Shown: positions 50,578 through 62,074 of the stretch, piece after piece
Layout of the letters: every line of letters starts with the position of its first letter
How positions within the stretch are numbered: position 1 is the stretch's first letter
NCBI GenBank assembly: GCA_963422365.1
Contig: OY729426.1
Span: 544,001-608,000 of the forward strand
Length of the DNA: 64,000 nucleotides
Direction: 5' to 3'
From: Nitrospirales bacterium
GTDB lineage: Bacteria; Nitrospirota; Nitrospiria; Nitrospirales; UBA8639
Notes under the pieces: generated by a model
What the model saw: the letters and a program-made list of their open reading frames with translations, nothing else
Told to the model about the DNA's origin: nothing
The model's database searches: none
Position numbers and translations under genes: made by a program

Positions 50578-51972
50578 CTACAGAATGTACCGGCTCAGAT
50601 CCTGATCCTTGACGATCTCCTTTAAATGACCATTCACATAGGACGCATCGATCACCACTTTTTTTTCTTGCAACTCCTGCGCCTCAAAAGAGACTTCTTC
50701 AAGCAACCGTTCCACAATCGTAAAGAGTCGGCGTGCGCCGATATGTTCCGTTCGATCATTGACCTCAACTGCAATGGCCGCAATTTCTTCAATCCCTTCT
50801 CGAGTAAAATCAAGCGTAATGCCTTCGGTTTCCAGCAAGGCCTGATATTGTTTCACCAAGGCATTCCGGGGTTCCGTCAATATTCGCACCAGATCTTCCT
50901 TGGTCAAAGGCTCTAACTCCACACGAATGGGAAAACGACCCTGCAGTTCAGGAATCAAATCAGCCGGTTTGGCCACATGAAACGCCCCGGCGGCAATAAA
51001 CAGAATATGGTCGGTCTTCACCGGGCCGTACTTGGTATTGATGGTCGATCCTTCAACCATCGGCAGCAAATCCCGCTGCACGCCTTCTCGGGACACATCG
51101 GGGCCCACGTTCTTCTCACGACCGGCAATTTTATCAATTTCATCTAAAAAGACGATGCCGGATTGCTCAACCCGTTCGACGGCATCGCGCGTCACCTCGT
51201 CCATATCAATCAGTTTTTGCGCTTCCTCTTGCGCAAAATACTTCAGGGCGTCGGGAATTTTCATGACTCGATTTTTTTTCTTCCCGGGCATCAACCCGCC
51301 CAACATATCGCGAAGATGGTTTTCGAGGTCTTCCATGCCGCCGACATTGGAGATAATCCCAACCGGCAGCCCACGTTCCTTGATCTCCATTTCCACCGTT
51401 CGGGTATCGAGCCGGCCTTCCCGTAATTGCTTACGGAGCTTTTGCCGCGTGTTGTCTCCTGAAGCCTCGGACGGGTTCACCGACGACAGCTCCTCCTCTT
51501 GCCCTCCCGTGGTCCGAGACGGACTCGAAGGCAGTAACAAATCGAGCACTCGATCTTCGGCCAAGTCTTCAGCCTTCCGTTCAACTCGCTTCAGCGACGA
51601 ACTTTTCACCAGATTGACCGATTGTTCAGTGAGGTCGCGGATGATCGATTCCACGTCACGTCCGACATACCCCACTTCGGTAAATTTCGACGCCGCGACT
51701 GTAAGGAACGGAGCATCGGCCAGTTTCGCCAGTCGCCTGGAAATTTCCGTTTTTCCCACACCCGTCGGCCCGATCATGATGATATTTTTCGGGAAAATTT
51801 CTTCTCGCAATTCCGGACTGAGCCGTTGACGGCGCCATCGATTCCGTAACGCGATGGCCACCATCCGTTTGGCATCACGTTGCCCAATCACATATCGGTC
51901 GAGCACGGCGACAATTTCGCGAGGAGATAAGCTATCGAGTGGACCCGATTCGTCAAGGGAGGCGTGACTCAT
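50578..51972 (-). CDS. hslU: ATP-dependent protease ATPase subunit
   Basis: [13 protein letters not shown] pore loop, FLDEIDK, GARRL, DLSRYIL. Confidence 0.98.
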   Translation of the reverse strand: MSHASLDESGPLDSLSPREIVAVLDRYVIGQRDAKRMVAIALRNRWRRQRLSPELREEIFPKNIIMIGPTGVGKTEISRRLAKLADAPFLTVAASKFTEVGYVGRDVESIIRDLTEQSVNLVKSSSLKRVERKAEDLAEDRVLDLLLPSSPSRTTGGQEEELSSVNPSEASGDNTRQKLRKQLREGRLDTRTVEMEIKERGLPVGIISNVGGMEDLENHLRDMLGGLMPGKKKNRVMKIPDALKYFAQEEAQKLIDMDEVTRDAVERVEQSGIVFLDEIDKIAGREKNVGPDVSREGVQRDLLPMVEGSTINTKYGPVKTDHILFIAAGAFHVAKPADLIPELQGRFPIRVELEPLTKEDLVRILTEPRNALVKQYQALLETEGITLDFTREGIEEIAAIAVEVNDRTEHIGARRLFTIVERLLEEVSFEAQELQEKKVVIDASYVNGHLKEIVKDQDLSRYIL

Positions 51973-52511
51973 GACGATGCCTTCAATTCTTCGATCACGA
52001 TTTCGTGATTCGTGTAGATATCGATGCCGCCTGCAATGCGCATCGCTTTGTCGACAATTTCTCTTGACACTAAGGCGGAATTGTCTATCAGCGCTCGCGC
52101 CGCAGCCAGTGCATACGGTCCGCCCGACCCAATGGCGAGAATCCCATCTTCCGGTTCCACGACGTCCCCTGTCCCGGAAATGAGAAAGGACAGATCCGGA
52201 TCCGCGACGATCAACAGCGCTTCAAGGCGACGCAGCACGCGATCCGTCCGCCACTCTTTCGCCAACTCGACCGCGGCCCTGGTCAGATTACCTCGATATT
52301 CTTCTAGCTTGGCCTCGAATTTTTCAAAGAGGGTCAAGGCATCCGCCGTGGCTCCTGCAAAGCCTGCGATCACTTGATCGTGATAGAGACGTCGGACTTT
52401 GCGGGCGTTGGCCTTCATCACCGTCGTCCCGACCGTCACTTGGCCGTCTGATCCCATGGCCACTGTTCCGTCCCGACGAACGGAAAGAATCGTGGTCGAT
52501 CGAATGTTCAC
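51969..52511 (-). CDS. hslV: ATP-dependent protease peptidase subunit
   Basis: TTI N-terminal Thr, [19 protein letters not shown]. Confidence 0.98.
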   Translation of the reverse strand: MNIRSTTILSVRRDGTVAMGSDGQVTVGTTVMKANARKVRRLYHDQVIAGFAGATADALTLFEKFEAKLEEYRGNLTRAAVELAKEWRTDRVLRRLEALLIVADPDLSFLISGTGDVVEPEDGILAIGSGGPYALAAARALIDNSALVSREIVDKAMRIAGGIDIYTNHEIVIEELKASS

Positions 52512-53473
52512 GACGGGTTCCTCGGGGTTGCGGACTTTGCCGTCCTGACGGCTCCGGCCCGTGGGTGCGCCTGATCATAGACGTCCATCAACCGATCCGT
52601 GGCCAGATGCGTGTAGTGTTGGGTGGTGGCCAACGACGCGTGCCCGAGCAGTTCCTGAATGACCCGAAGGTCGGCCCCCTCATCCAATAAATGCGTGGCA
52701 TAGGAATGCCGAAAGGTATGCGGGGTGAGGCTCCCCACCTGCACCCGAGCGCCAGCCCGTCGGACGATTCGCTCCACACTCCGCGTCGACAACCGGCCCC
52801 CTCGATTATTCCGGAACACCGGGCCATCTGTCGGTGGCACCGTGAAGGTCACAGCCGCAGCCTGACGCGCAGGCACCGGTGTCACGGCCAGATAGTCCTG
52901 GATCGCCTCGATCGCCACGTGACCGATCGGCACGAGACGCTCTTTGTGGCCCTTGCCTCTCAACCGCACCAGGCCCTCCTCCAGACTGAGATCGCTCCCA
53001 TTCACCCCGACCAACTCGCTCACCCGCGCACCCGTGGAATAGAGGGTTTCCAACAGAGCCTGATCCCTGAGGGCATGCCCCCCCTCAGTGGCCTCAGGAG
53101 ACTCGATCACCCGTGTCGCCTCATCTTTCGTCAGCACGCGGGGCAGGCGGTGCCCACTTCGTGGGGTCCGCACGTGCGCCACGGGATTGCTCGGCACCTG
53201 CCCGCGTCGATGGAGAAACGTGAAGAGACTGCGCAGCGTCGCGAGCTTCCGCGCTTGCGTCGATTTGGTGACCTGCCGACCAGCCAACCACACCAGAAAC
53301 CGACGAATGAGTGCCACGTCAATCTGGAGTGGATCCGGCACCACGTCGCCGGTGACGGTATGGAGAAAGGCCACGAATTGTCGCAGGTCCGAGTGATACG
53401 CGCTGATCGTGTCACGCGACACGCCACGCTCCACATCAAGAGACGTCAGGAACGTGCGAATGGCTGCGTCCAT
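52508..53473 (-). CDS. xerC: Tyrosine recombinase XerC
   Basis: [36 protein letters not shown]; trmFO-xerC-hslVU synteny. Confidence 0.92.
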   Translation of the reverse strand: MDAAIRTFLTSLDVERGVSRDTISAYHSDLRQFVAFLHTVTGDVVPDPLQIDVALIRRFLVWLAGRQVTKSTQARKLATLRSLFTFLHRRGQVPSNPVAHVRTPRSGHRLPRVLTKDEATRVIESPEATEGGHALRDQALLETLYSTGARVSELVGVNGSDLSLEEGLVRLRGKGHKERLVPIGHVAIEAIQDYLAVTPVPARQAAAVTFTVPPTDGPVFRNNRGGRLSTRSVERIVRRAGARVQVGSLTPHTFRHSYATHLLDEGADLRVIQELLGHASLATTQHYTHLATDRLMDVYDQAHPRAGAVRTAKSATPRNPS

Positions 53474-54765
53474 GTTTGAAACTCATCAAGGGCCCGTTGG
53501 TGGATCATTCGACGCTTTTGTTCTTTATCCCGCATAGTCACGGGCAGGGGCGGAAACAGTCCAAAGTTCGTATTCATGGGCTGAAAATGCCGAGCGTCGC
53601 TCGTCGTAATATAATTCACCAACGCCCCATGGGCCGTGGTGAGGGGAGGAGTCACCAACGGCAGATCGGCCAACGCCCGACCGGCATTGATTCCCGCCAA
53701 GCCGCCGGTCGCGGCAGATTCGACATAGCCTTCCACGCCGACGAGACACCCCGCCAACCACGTGGTCCCGCGCATCTTCAATTGCAATGTATTCCGCAAC
53801 AATGCAGGGGAGTTCACAAAGGTATTCCGATGCACGCTTCCATATCGTAGAAACTCTGCGCGTTCGAGACCCGGAATCATTCGAAATACTCGTTTTTGCT
53901 CCGGATAGGTCAGCTTGGTTTGAAATCCGACCATGTTATAACACGAACCATAGCGATTTTCCGCACGCAATTGGAGCACCGCATACGGTTGAATGCCGGT
54001 ATGTGGATCAACCAACCCAACGGGTTTCATCGGACCAAAGGTTAATGTCTGCTTTCCACGTTCCGCCATCACTTCAATGGGGAGGCACCCTTCAAAGTAG
54101 GGCACCTTTTCACAGTCCTTCGCTTGCACTTTGTCCGCCGCCATCAGGGCCTCGTAAAAGGCCGAATACGTTCCTTCATCCATCGGACAATTCAGGTAAT
54201 CCGCACTGCCCTTCTCATAGCGTGACGCCGGGAATACTCTGTCCATATCAATAGACTCAGTATCGATGATCGGGGAAATCGCATCAAAAAACGCCAAGTT
54301 CGTCTTCTGCGTGAGTGCGGTCAAGGCCTGCGCCAGACGCTCGGACGTCAAGGGACCCGTGGCCACAATGCAAAGGGCGTCCGGCGGAATCTCCTGAATC
54401 TCTTCTCGAATGATCCGAATATTCTGGTGGGAGTCCAGCGTGCGGGTGATTGCGCGCGCAAAGATTTCGCGATCCACCGCCAGCGCTGCCCCGGCGGGCA
54501 CACGTGCCGATTCTGCTGCCTGCATGATGAGCGAATTCAACAGCCGCATCTCTTCCTTCAAAATGCCAGACGCGCTGTTGGGATCCGCGGATCCCAACGA
54601 ATTCGAGCACACGATTTCCGCTAACTGATCGGTCTTGTGTGCCGCCGTCCCTTGCTTCGGTCGCATCTCGTAAAGCGTGACCCGCGCTCCACGCTCCGCC
54701 GCCTGCCAAGCCGCTTCCGATCCCGCAAGCCCCCCACCGATGACCACCACATCATCGCGCATCAT
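53446..54765 (-). CDS. trmFO: tRNA (uracil-5-)-methyltransferase, folate/FAD dependent
   Basis: GGGLAGSEAAWQ, VCSNS, FEGCLPIE, HRNTF, GVEGYVES; AAGGAG RBS. Confidence 0.96.
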   Translation of the reverse strand: MMRDDVVVIGGGLAGSEAAWQAAERGARVTLYEMRPKQGTAAHKTDQLAEIVCSNSLGSADPNSASGILKEEMRLLNSLIMQAAESARVPAGAALAVDREIFARAITRTLDSHQNIRIIREEIQEIPPDALCIVATGPLTSERLAQALTALTQKTNLAFFDAISPIIDTESIDMDRVFPASRYEKGSADYLNCPMDEGTYSAFYEALMAADKVQAKDCEKVPYFEGCLPIEVMAERGKQTLTFGPMKPVGLVDPHTGIQPYAVLQLRAENRYGSCYNMVGFQTKLTYPEQKRVFRMIPGLERAEFLRYGSVHRNTFVNSPALLRNTLQLKMRGTTWLAGCLVGVEGYVESAATGGLAGINAGRALADLPLVTPPLTTAHGALVNYITTSDARHFQPMNTNFGLFPPLPVTMRDKEQKRRMIHQRALDEFQTWTQPFARS

Positions 54766-54886
54766 TCGTTGATTCTCCTTTGAAAACCAAGAAAAAGGTA
54801 TTCTAGGGGCGGAATGAAAACCCGTCAAGAAGGGAGGGAGGAATCCTGGCTGTGCTTGAATTCTCCTTCGTTTTTCGGTGTACAAA

Positions 54887-55750
54887 TCAGGTTTCACGTG
54901 GCTTCAGCCCTAACTCGTCCACGACCGGGCGCAACGATTGAACGACCCGTTCATGACAGAACCCATTGGTCGCCAGCAGACCATGCGTGTTGGCGAGTTG
55001 CTGGAAGCCATACACCAAAGGCTGCCCCAGGATCGTGGTCAATTGTCCGCCAGCCGCTCGCAGAATCGCTTCTGGGGCACAAGCGTCCCAGAGCTTGGTA
55101 TAGGGACCGGGCTCCAAGTACACGTCAGCTTCTCCTCTCGCAATCAGGCCGATTTTCAATCCGACACTTCCCAATGGAATTTCGTTCCCCACGCCGAGAG
55201 CCTGGCCGATCTTTTTGATCAGGGGATGTCGATGTGACCGAGAGACCGTCAAGATGAGCGATCTTCCAGGATCTCTTTCCTCGATCACCAAGGGCGTCAG
55301 GATCCCCTGTTGTTCCATCCACGCCTCATGGCCCACGGCTCCGGCATACAGCACGTCTTCATCCGGTCGATAGACCACGCCCAGTTGCGCTTGTCCGTTG
55401 ACTGCGAGCCCGATCATCACAGAGAACTCTCCGTTCCTGGCGATAAAGTCTTTTGTGCCATCCAGCGGGTCCACATACCAGACACGCCTAGGGGTCGGGA
55501 TGACCTCAAGGGGGGCGCTTTCCTCGGCCACCACGGTGTCATGGGGAAAGGCTTCTTGCAGACCCTTCACAATCAAGTCGTTCCCTTGCTGATCGGCCTC
55601 GGTCACAGGATCGTTGTTGCCTTTGTACGCCACGGCAAAATTCGTGGTATACACGTCCATTGCGACTTGGCCTGCGTTGCGAGCCAATTCCATGGCCACG
55701 GCCAATTCTTTCTTCATTCTTTCCTTGCTTCCCTTCGTTGCCGTGGCCAT
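54887..55750 (-). CDS. cysQ: 3'(2'),5'-bisphosphate nucleotidase (inositol monophosphatase family)
   Basis: PVTEAD, VDPLDGTKDF, SRSH, GSVGLK, WDACA; start may be 55717. Confidence 0.88.
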   Translation of the reverse strand: MATATKGSKERMKKELAVAMELARNAGQVAMDVYTTNFAVAYKGNNDPVTEADQQGNDLIVKGLQEAFPHDTVVAEESAPLEVIPTPRRVWYVDPLDGTKDFIARNGEFSVMIGLAVNGQAQLGVVYRPDEDVLYAGAVGHEAWMEQQGILTPLVIEERDPGRSLILTVSRSHRHPLIKKIGQALGVGNEIPLGSVGLKIGLIARGEADVYLEPGPYTKLWDACAPEAILRAAGGQLTTILGQPLVYGFQQLANTHGLLATNGFCHERVVQSLRPVVDELGLKPRET

Positions 55751-55801
55751 GCGAGGGAGGTTCTCGTCCCCGGTCAGCCCGCAACGCATCTGACGGCAAG
55801 A

Positions 55802-58800
55802 CTACGCACAGCGAGGCATCGATCGAACCGAGACGTCGGTGAGTGTTTCTCGAAACCACCGAGCGACATGAGGATGACAGGTAAACACCAGAACTTGATG
55901 CGTGGACGAGAGTTCCCCCAAGACCTTGATCGTGGCCTTGGCTCGGTCTGGATCAAAATTCACCAAAATGTCATCTACCACCACTGGTAACGGACCGGCA
56001 TGTTTTGCATATTCCCGCACAAAGGCCAAGCGCATGGCCAAATACAACTGTTCGGCTGTTCCACGGCTCAGGAGCTCAGCGGGCCGTGACGCGCCGTTTG
56101 GGGTTTGGACCTCTAAGCGCATTTCTCCCAGCGGTACCTGCACACGCGCATAGGTGCCTCCCGTCATCACCGAGAAAAATTTTGACGCTTCTTGCAACAC
56201 GGCCGGCTGTCGCTCCCGTTCATACATTTCCCGCGTTTTCCGTAACAAGTGTTGACAGAGGGAGCGGACCACCCAACGCTGCGCCTGTTGGTTCAGTTGT
56301 GTCAGCAACGCCTCTTTTTCCAACAGAAGATTGGAGATCTGTTCATTGTGCTCCAGATCCTTGAGCCGTTGCTCGACGCGTCCTTTCTCTTGCAATTGTT
56401 GGGTCAGGACTTCGCTCAGGCGTTGCCCTTCTCGTTCGAGCTCGCCCAGTTCTCGTTCCCATTCGGCTCGTGACTTCATAGACAACGCTTGTTCCATTCG
56501 TTGGTAATGCTCGGAGGAGCCTGCATGCACGCGTAACGCCGTTTCCAATTGTTGTTGGTCGCGTTCCAATTCTACCTGACGTGCATAGACATCGGCCCGC
56601 TGACGGAACGATTCCACGTCTAACGCACCGCCGGACTCGAGCAACCCTTCCCGTTGTTCCAAGCAACGAAGTTTCTCGGTTTCTGCGGCTTCCAGGTCCG
56701 CGCGTTTTTCGGCCATCACTTCGTTTTCACGAATGAGGTCTTGTCGCCAACTTAGGTTTTGCTCGACCGCCTTCCGAAGATTCAGTAGGGCCGCCGGCGC
56801 TTCATCCGGACTCACGGGTGCCCTTCCGCATTGCTCCAGGACTCGATTCAGTTGACCCGCGGTCTCTTGAACCGCGCTTTCGACTTGCGCCAACTCTTTT
56901 GTCGCGTCTCGCCATTCCCGCAGTTGCCCCTGTGCGCGGTCAGCGCCTGCCATGACTTCAAGCACCCCGTCAGGGGTCAGCTCCGGCGGAAGGGTCAGCC
57001 CAGCTAAAAATCCAGCCCACGCAGCTTGCGCTTCTTCTTGTGCCTGCTCTGTGAGCCGACCTCGCTTTCTGGCCTCTTCGGCTTTTTCGAATACACTCGC
57101 TAACGCTTCTTCCGCATCTTGCATGCTGGCATGAACGTCTTCCCTACGTTGGAGTACCCGACGTTCGGCTTCAAAAGACCGGCGGAGGGACTCCGCCAGA
57201 TCCATCGAATCAAGGGCCTGTCCCAGCACGCCTTGAACGAGTTGCGTCATTTCCTCCTTGAGTCGGTGCGCTTGGCGTTGCCTCAAGTCGGCTTCACCCT
57301 CCAGGGCTTTCTGTCGGTTCCTCAATTCCTGATACTGCTGCTGTAGTTCTTGTACGTGAGAGCGCCGGTGTGCCTGGAAGTCATGTCGCCACCATGCCAG
57401 CAGACCAACAACGAAAATCCCTGCTGTGGTTACAATGATCGTCAGAAAAAATTCTCGCTCAAGCCCGGAAAAAAACGAGAGGGCCACAAAGAGCAGGCCG
57501 ATCCCGATCAACCCCCATATCGGGAATCCTCGTTGCTTCTTTGCAGACCTGATCTCCGTCTCACAAGCAACGCGCTGATTCGCAAGGGCGGCGGCTTGGG
57601 CTTGGAGGTCTCGGCCCTGTTGGTGCGTGAGGTCCGATCGATGCTGAAGGTCGACCCACGTCCGCAGCGCCGCTTCTCGTTCGTCGAGCGGGACATGCGA
57701 CTCCAAACCAGAGGGGACCAACTGCGCGAATTTTTCCCGAAGCCGCTCCAGCTCGTCTTGCTTGTCTTTTTTGAGGCGTTCCCCATCCTCTTGAGCACGA
57801 TGGGCTTCAAGAACCTTCTGCCGACAGGCCTCCAACCGGTCGCGGAGCCCGCGAATGTTCTCCCGCATGGGAATCGATGTTTCAAACGTCTCGAGACGCT
57901 CCTTGTTCCATGTCGGGCCCAGACGGGTGACACTCTCATCAAGGATTTTTCTGCGGACCGCGACCCTGGCACGCAAGCTACCCAGGGAGTCCCGTCGCCC
58001 TTGCGACGCACCTCGAAGCTCATCCAAGGCTTCAACGTCATGCTGATGCTTCAGGAGCAGAGGATCCAACCGACATTGCGCTGCCCGTTCCTCGGCTTTT
58101 CGAATAGCGGATTGCAGCTCAGTCATCCGCGTTTCCAGACTCGCCAAGGTTCGCTCCACCTGTTCCAACCGTTCTACTCCGCCTGCCGGAAAATTCTCAA
58201 TGGGCGGCAGTTCCTGTACTTCCTGCCGGATCATGTGCAGTTGTTCCCAGTCCGGACGAGCTTTCACGAATAATTCAACCCGGTGACGCCGTGTTCCGGC
58301 CTCGTCTACTTGTCCGCGGTGGACTTCGATGTCACGATCCAATATCTGTGCATGTTCTTGCAGACTCTGATATTCGTCGGGAAGTTTTTGCATCTCACGA
58401 AGCGTGGTCTGGAGTTGATCTAATGCTTGAAGCAGTTGATTGATCACCGGCTTGCGACCTCCGGCCTTGAACAACTGCGCTTGTTCTCCTTCTAACGAAT
58501 TTTGCACGGCGGCCAGTGAATGTAACCCGGTGCCAATTCCCACGGTATAAATGTGTTGGCTGATCTCATCGGCTTGCAGCGTGTCCAATCGCTCCAACTC
58601 ACCGATTCCAAACGCAAACACATTTTGATACATGAGTTTCGAGGTGCCATGGACCAATTGGTGGAGCACCGCCTCATCGGAACGGGTCTTTTCCGATTCC
58701 GAGACGGTCTGTTGAAACGGAAACATGGCCTCAACGTTGACTCGACTCTTTCCACCTCTAACCAGCCGTTCGATCCGAAACCGCTTGCCCTGTGCCGTTT

Positions 58801-59026
58801 CCACCACAAGGGCTCCACCATGCGCCCCCCCTCGGACCGGTTCATACCGATTGCTGCCTCCACGCCGATGTTCAAATCCGAACAAGACCGCACGAATATA
58901 CGCCATCAAGGTGGTCTTGCCGGCTTCGTTCGAGCCTTCAAACACCGTGACGGTCGAAGCCATATCGGGAATAGCGGTGTGTTGAAAAACCCCAAACCCT
59001 TCAATGCTGATCTCTTTGATGCGCAT
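55802..59026 (-). CDS. YhaN-like Rad50/SbcC-type coiled-coil ATPase
   Basis: GFG, GSNEAGKTT, central two-TM segment, LSRGTAEQLYLAMRL, VDDILVNFD, FTCH. Confidence 0.88.
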   Translation of the reverse strand: MRIKEISIEGFGVFQHTAIPDMASTVTVFEGSNEAGKTTLMAYIRAVLFGFEHRRGGSNRYEPVRGGAHGGALVVETAQGKRFRIERLVRGGKSRVNVEAMFPFQQTVSESEKTRSDEAVLHQLVHGTSKLMYQNVFAFGIGELERLDTLQADEISQHIYTVGIGTGLHSLAAVQNSLEGEQAQLFKAGGRKPVINQLLQALDQLQTTLREMQKLPDEYQSLQEHAQILDRDIEVHRGQVDEAGTRRHRVELFVKARPDWEQLHMIRQEVQELPPIENFPAGGVERLEQVERTLASLETRMTELQSAIRKAEERAAQCRLDPLLLKHQHDVEALDELRGASQGRRDSLGSLRARVAVRRKILDESVTRLGPTWNKERLETFETSIPMRENIRGLRDRLEACRQKVLEAHRAQEDGERLKKDKQDELERLREKFAQLVPSGLESHVPLDEREAALRTWVDLQHRSDLTHQQGRDLQAQAAALANQRVACETEIRSAKKQRGFPIWGLIGIGLLFVALSFFSGLEREFFLTIIVTTAGIFVVGLLAWWRHDFQAHRRSHVQELQQQYQELRNRQKALEGEADLRQRQAHRLKEEMTQLVQGVLGQALDSMDLAESLRRSFEAERRVLQRREDVHASMQDAEEALASVFEKAEEARKRGRLTEQAQEEAQAAWAGFLAGLTLPPELTPDGVLEVMAGADRAQGQLREWRDATKELAQVESAVQETAGQLNRVLEQCGRAPVSPDEAPAALLNLRKAVEQNLSWRQDLIRENEVMAEKRADLEAAETEKLRCLEQREGLLESGGALDVESFRQRADVYARQVELERDQQQLETALRVHAGSSEHYQRMEQALSMKSRAEWERELGELEREGQRLSEVLTQQLQEKGRVEQRLKDLEHNEQISNLLLEKEALLTQLNQQAQRWVVRSLCQHLLRKTREMYERERQPAVLQEASKFFSVMTGGTYARVQVPLGEMRLEVQTPNGASRPAELLSRGTAEQLYLAMRLAFVREYAKHAGPLPVVVDDILVNFDPDRAKATIKVLGELSSTHQVLVFTCHPHVARWFRETLTDVSVRSMPRCA

Positions 59027-59168
59027 GGCCGACCCGCCTCTCAACATCTCCCTAACACAGGTGGTCTTTCATTAGCCTATCAACGGCCACGAGCAGCGAC
59101 CCGACAAGGCGCCGGTCGAACCCTTTCAGCCACACGAGCACTCAGGTGGGGACTTCTGGAGACGCCCG

Positions 59169-60428
59169 TTACTCGTTTCCCTTGAGAAGACGATCAATGC
59201 CTAACTGTTCCGCAGCCCGAACCCAGTCTCGTAGTTGCTCGTCCGTGGGGGCATCCATGTACCGATGGATTCTCGGATCATCGAATAATTCACCCATGGC
59301 CTGACGGAACTCCTGCGACATGGCCTCATCACCAGCCTCGGCGAGTCGCAAAAAATCTCCTAGCAGATTTTCCTCCTGGAGCAACGCGGCTCTATCGATT
59401 TCCTGTTCGGTTTTGTCAATGAAGGATTCTGCCCAGACAAAACCTGGCCCCACCCCCCACCTTTCCCGAACGGTGGTGAGGAGATCATCAAGTCGTCCCT
59501 GTCGGATCAACTCGCAATGCAGGCTCCCTCGACCGTGCAATTGCCAGCGCACAATCATGCCGTGCCGCTGATTCATGTGTTGCAATGCGTGAACCCTGTC
59601 GTCAATGCGTTGTACCAGTTCCTCCATGTCCCGCATCCCTTCAATCGAGATCATTTGGTCATCCCAACGCACTACGTCCACCGGCACAAACTCATACTCC
59701 ACGTACCCCGCCGCATCCACATCCACCAGATAACAACCGCGAGGCCCCGTTTCTTTGGCATGACGACCTTGAGGATTGCCCGGGTAGATTATCACGGGGT
59801 TGCGCTCGTGCAGAACCTTATGGGTGTGCACATGACCTAAGGCCCAATAGTCGAACCCTACCTGTCTGAGATCATCGATTTGGCAGGGAGCGTAATTTCT
59901 ATGATCCGGATCTCCTCCCACATTGGTATGAAGGAGGCCAATCGCCCAAGGCGCATCTGCGTCTCTCCGAAATGTCAGCGCCAGGTTCTCCACCACCTTT
60001 TCAGTGCGATAACTGATCCCGTAAATGCGCGCAATTTCTTGCCTGTCCCGAAACACCGACTTGGCTTCCACGGAACCGGCGCCAAACACGTAGACATTCG
60101 ATGGCCAGGGGAACTTCCCCTCCCTCTCGGGTAACGGGTCATGATTGCCATGGCACATAAACACGGGAATGCGGTGGTCCGCCAATCGCTCAAACGATCG
60201 ACGCAACCGGGTGACCGCGCGTACACTGTGATCGCTGGCATCATAGACGTCTCCTGCAATCAGCAAACAATCGACTTGTCGCGTCAGGCACAGATCGATG
60301 ATGTTGTCAAAGGCCTGTAAGGTCGCGTCACGGAGCACCTTCTGGAGGGTAGGATCCACCTCTGCCAACCCTCGAAAAGGACTATCAAGGTGCAGGTCAG
60401 CGGCATGGATAAAACGAAAGGGAAGCAT
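59169..60428 (-). CDS. YhaO-like Mre11/SbcD-type metallophosphoesterase nuclease
   Basis: ADLHLD, AGDVYD, GNHD, ALGHVH, YPGNPQGR. Confidence 0.9.
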   Translation of the reverse strand: MLPFRFIHAADLHLDSPFRGLAEVDPTLQKVLRDATLQAFDNIIDLCLTRQVDCLLIAGDVYDASDHSVRAVTRLRRSFERLADHRIPVFMCHGNHDPLPEREGKFPWPSNVYVFGAGSVEAKSVFRDRQEIARIYGISYRTEKVVENLALTFRRDADAPWAIGLLHTNVGGDPDHRNYAPCQIDDLRQVGFDYWALGHVHTHKVLHERNPVIIYPGNPQGRHAKETGPRGCYLVDVDAAGYVEYEFVPVDVVRWDDQMISIEGMRDMEELVQRIDDRVHALQHMNQRHGMIVRWQLHGRGSLHCELIRQGRLDDLLTTVRERWGVGPGFVWAESFIDKTEQEIDRAALLQEENLLGDFLRLAEAGDEAMSQEFRQAMGELFDDPRIHRYMDAPTDEQLRDWVRAAEQLGIDRLLKGNE

Positions 60429-60637
60429 CTTGCTTAGAGCCCCACTGACGAACGTCCGGTGTGCTGTTTTGCTGTCATGCGTGACAGCGCCTTCTTGCGG
60501 AAAGCCACGACGGCCTGTTTCGAGTCGGTTGAAGTATCGAACACGGGGTCACCTTCGTGATGCGTTCCGAGTGACGAAGCCTACGGCTCGGCGAAGGATG
60601 ACACGCGAAGGGCTCAGGGCAGGCAGGATACGGCGCG

Positions 60638-62074
60638 TCAACCACCTTTTTTAATATTGCGATGCAGGAGTTGTTGCCCCGCCGACATGAGCGCCTCTAG
60701 TTCCTGACGAGTCGACGCTTCCGCATAACAGCGTATCAGTGGCTCCGTACCGGAAGGACGGAACAGAAACCAGCTCCCGTCTTCCAATAAGAGCTTGCAT
60801 CCATCAAGGGTGTTGACCTGCCGAATCGATGTTCCTGCAAGCCTGGAAGGCGGTGACTGTTGGACTTTGAGTAAATTTTCTCGCATTGTTTCCGTGAGGG
60901 TCTGGTCCTGGCGGTACGAAAAAACCTGGCCTACCCGCTTACACAACTCTTCCGTGAGTTCTTTGAGCGTTTTCTTGGTTCGGGCAATCATTTCCGTCAC
61001 CAGCAGGCAGGCCAGAATCCCGTCCTTTTCCGGCACGTGCCCTTGGATCGACATGCCTGCACTTTCTTCTCCGCCCATCTGGATCTCTCCCTTGACTAAG
61101 AGTTCTCCGAGATATTTGAACCCCACAGGGGTTTCTCTGACGCCCAAGCCATGACTGTGTGCCACCCGATCGATGAGGTGCGTCGTGGCAACGGATCGGC
61201 CCACGTGTCCGGTCCACTGTCTGGTTGTCACCAGATAATCCACCAGCAACGCTAACACAATATTAGGGTCGATAAAGCTGCCGTCTTGGTCCACGATCCC
61301 GAATCGGTCGGCATCCCCATCGGTGGCCAACCCGACATGCGCTTTTTGTTGTTTCACCGTGTCTTGCAATTCCGCCGTCGTCTTTCGTGTGGGCTCAGGG
61401 CGGACTCCCCCAAAATAGGCATCGCGCCAATAATGCAGAACCGCCATTTTCGCGCCTGCGTTCCTGAGGAAAGCATCGAGGTAGCCGCGCGCTGTTCCAT
61501 AGAGGGGATCCATGACCACACGCAGGTCGGCCTGACTGATTGCGTCCACGTCAATATGCTTCCCCAACGCAGACAAATAATCGGGACAAGGATCGAACAG
61601 TTGCACCATCCCCGTTTTCTCCGCCTTCTCCCACGGGAGCCATTTCACATGCTCCCCGTGCAGCAAGGGAAAAATCCGTTGTTCGATGGCTCGGGTGGTT
61701 TCAGGAAGCGCAGGGCCTCCCCACTCCGGTGTAAACTTGATGCCGTTATATTCAGGAGGGTTATGGCTGGCGGAAATATTCAGACCTCCCGCCAGGTTGC
61801 GCTGGAGGATTTGGTACGAAATGGTCGGCGTGGGAGTTTCCCGATCACACAACAACACGGACATGCCATGGCCCGCAAACACTTCCGCCGCGGCCTTTGC
61901 AAATTTGTCACCAAGAAACCTGGTATCATAGCCAATGATCAGGCTTTGTTGCCCGATCTTCTCTTGTTTCAGGATGTGGGCGATGGCTTGACTGACGATT
62001 CGGACATTCTGAAATGTAAAATCTTCCCCCAGAATGGCTCGCCACCCTGAGGTCCCAAAGGTAATGTGTCTCAT
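60638..62074 (-). CDS. Phosphoglucomutase/phosphomannomutase family protein
   Basis: FGTSGWR, SASHNP, DGDADR, GGEES, RPSGTEP. Confidence 0.95.
   Translation of the reverse strand: MRHITFGTSGWRAILGEDFTFQNVRIVSQAIAHILKQEKIGQQSLIIGYDTRFLGDKFAKAAAEVFAGHGMSVLLCDRETPTPTISYQILQRNLAGGLNISASHNPPEYNGIKFTPEWGGPALPETTRAIEQRIFPLLHGEHVKWLPWEKAEKTGMVQLFDPCPDYLSALGKHIDVDAISQADLRVVMDPLYGTARGYLDAFLRNAGAKMAVLHYWRDAYFGGVRPEPTRKTTAELQDTVKQQKAHVGLATDGDADRFGIVDQDGSFIDPNIVLALLVDYLVTTRQWTGHVGRSVATTHLIDRVAHSHGLGVRETPVGFKYLGELLVKGEIQMGGEESAGMSIQGHVPEKDGILACLLVTEMIARTKKTLKELTEELCKRVGQVFSYRQDQTLTETMRENLLKVQQSPPSRLAGTSIRQVNTLDGCKLLLEDGSWFLFRPSGTEPLIRCYAEASTRQELEALMSAGQQLLHRNIKKGG

Noticed and set aside
52508..53473. Tyrosine recombinase as a prophage/island integrase
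   Set aside because: trmFO-xerC-hslVU synteny indicates housekeeping XerC; no att sites or phage genes nearby.
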